Both the position numbers and the translations under genes were made by a program. A DNA stretch of 64,000 bases from NCBI GenBank assembly GCA_013265495.1, contig MU058463.1, positions 4,052,244 through 4,116,243 of the forward strand, read 5' to 3'. Positions 63,574 to 64,000 of this stretch are shown here, piece after piece (position 1 is the stretch's first letter; the number at the start of each line of letters is the position of its first letter). Origin of the DNA: Vicugna vicugna. Its lineage: Eukaryota. The notes beneath the pieces were generated by a model, which saw nothing but the letters and a program-made list of their open reading frames with translations, did not search any database and was not told the origin of the DNA.

Positions 63574-64000
63574 TCTTGAAGGTTGTACCACCTCCTGGCG
63601 GCAAAGACCACCTGGCTCTAATGTCTCAAAGGGAAGCATGAAGTAGTAGGAAAGAGAGATACTGAATGAGGGCCAGGATGCCAAATACAAATGCTGTCCA
63701 GGTATGCAAATCATCTAGTGCTTTGCCTAGTAAAGAGCAGATGATTTTTCTTTGTATCCTTATATTCTGTTATTCCGCTGACTCCCTGATTCAAGGTCCC
63801 GCAGTTCAGATTTGTACTTCTAATTCTGAGGGTCCTGCCATTTTTCTTCTTTCCAAGGCAACACAGGCTCTTGAGTCCTAACCAGCTAAGCTTATGAACT
63901 ACCTAAGCTTATAGGATACACTCTTTTTGTAAATAATAGACTGCCTGAATTGCATGCAATTAAATAATAGCTTTAGAACATTCATATGTTCATTATAAAT

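Noticed and set aside
1..64000. CRISPR arrays, operons, prokaryotic defence systems, and remaining short ORFs in the track
   Set aside because: Eukaryotic intron-exon DNA with no regularly spaced repeat-spacer units; the other ORFs are short, compositionally biased and mostly inside repeats

Overview
Mammalian genomic DNA, AT-rich and CpG-depleted. It is almost certainly camelid, because it carries a Vic-1-type tRNA-derived SINE with a 14-bp TSD at ~42.2 kb. The whole window lies inside the giant E3 ubiquitin ligase gene MYCBP2 (PAM/PHR1; RPM-1/Highwire family) on the + strand; neither start nor stop codon is in view. I traced 19 core exons (1354..48914; 2668 nt, ~889 codons) with consistent splice phases. 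They encode the end of the second PHR domain, the ESEHPY/FBD1-type region, a filamin-type Ig repeat with an inserted RAE1-binding GLEBS-like motif, and the Myc-binding region. Three further symmetric cassette exons (75, 156 and 102 nt) are also present. Introns hold MIR, L2, L1, MER5/MER58, a Tigger2-type MITE and simple repeats. The most interesting observations are: (1) a tandem pair of bacterial SH3b-like repeats with introns at the identical position; (2) a GC-AG intron whose weak donor competes with a near-consensus in-frame GT donor inside the same exon; (3) a neural-type splicing module (YCAY cluster, RBFOX motifs, hairpin) around the cassette exons, plus candidate micro- and poison exons; (4) an extended CTCF-like motif, a perfect 16-bp inverted repeat and a twin-primed L1. 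I found no unrelated novel gene system. Repeat family names and boundaries are by-eye approximations.
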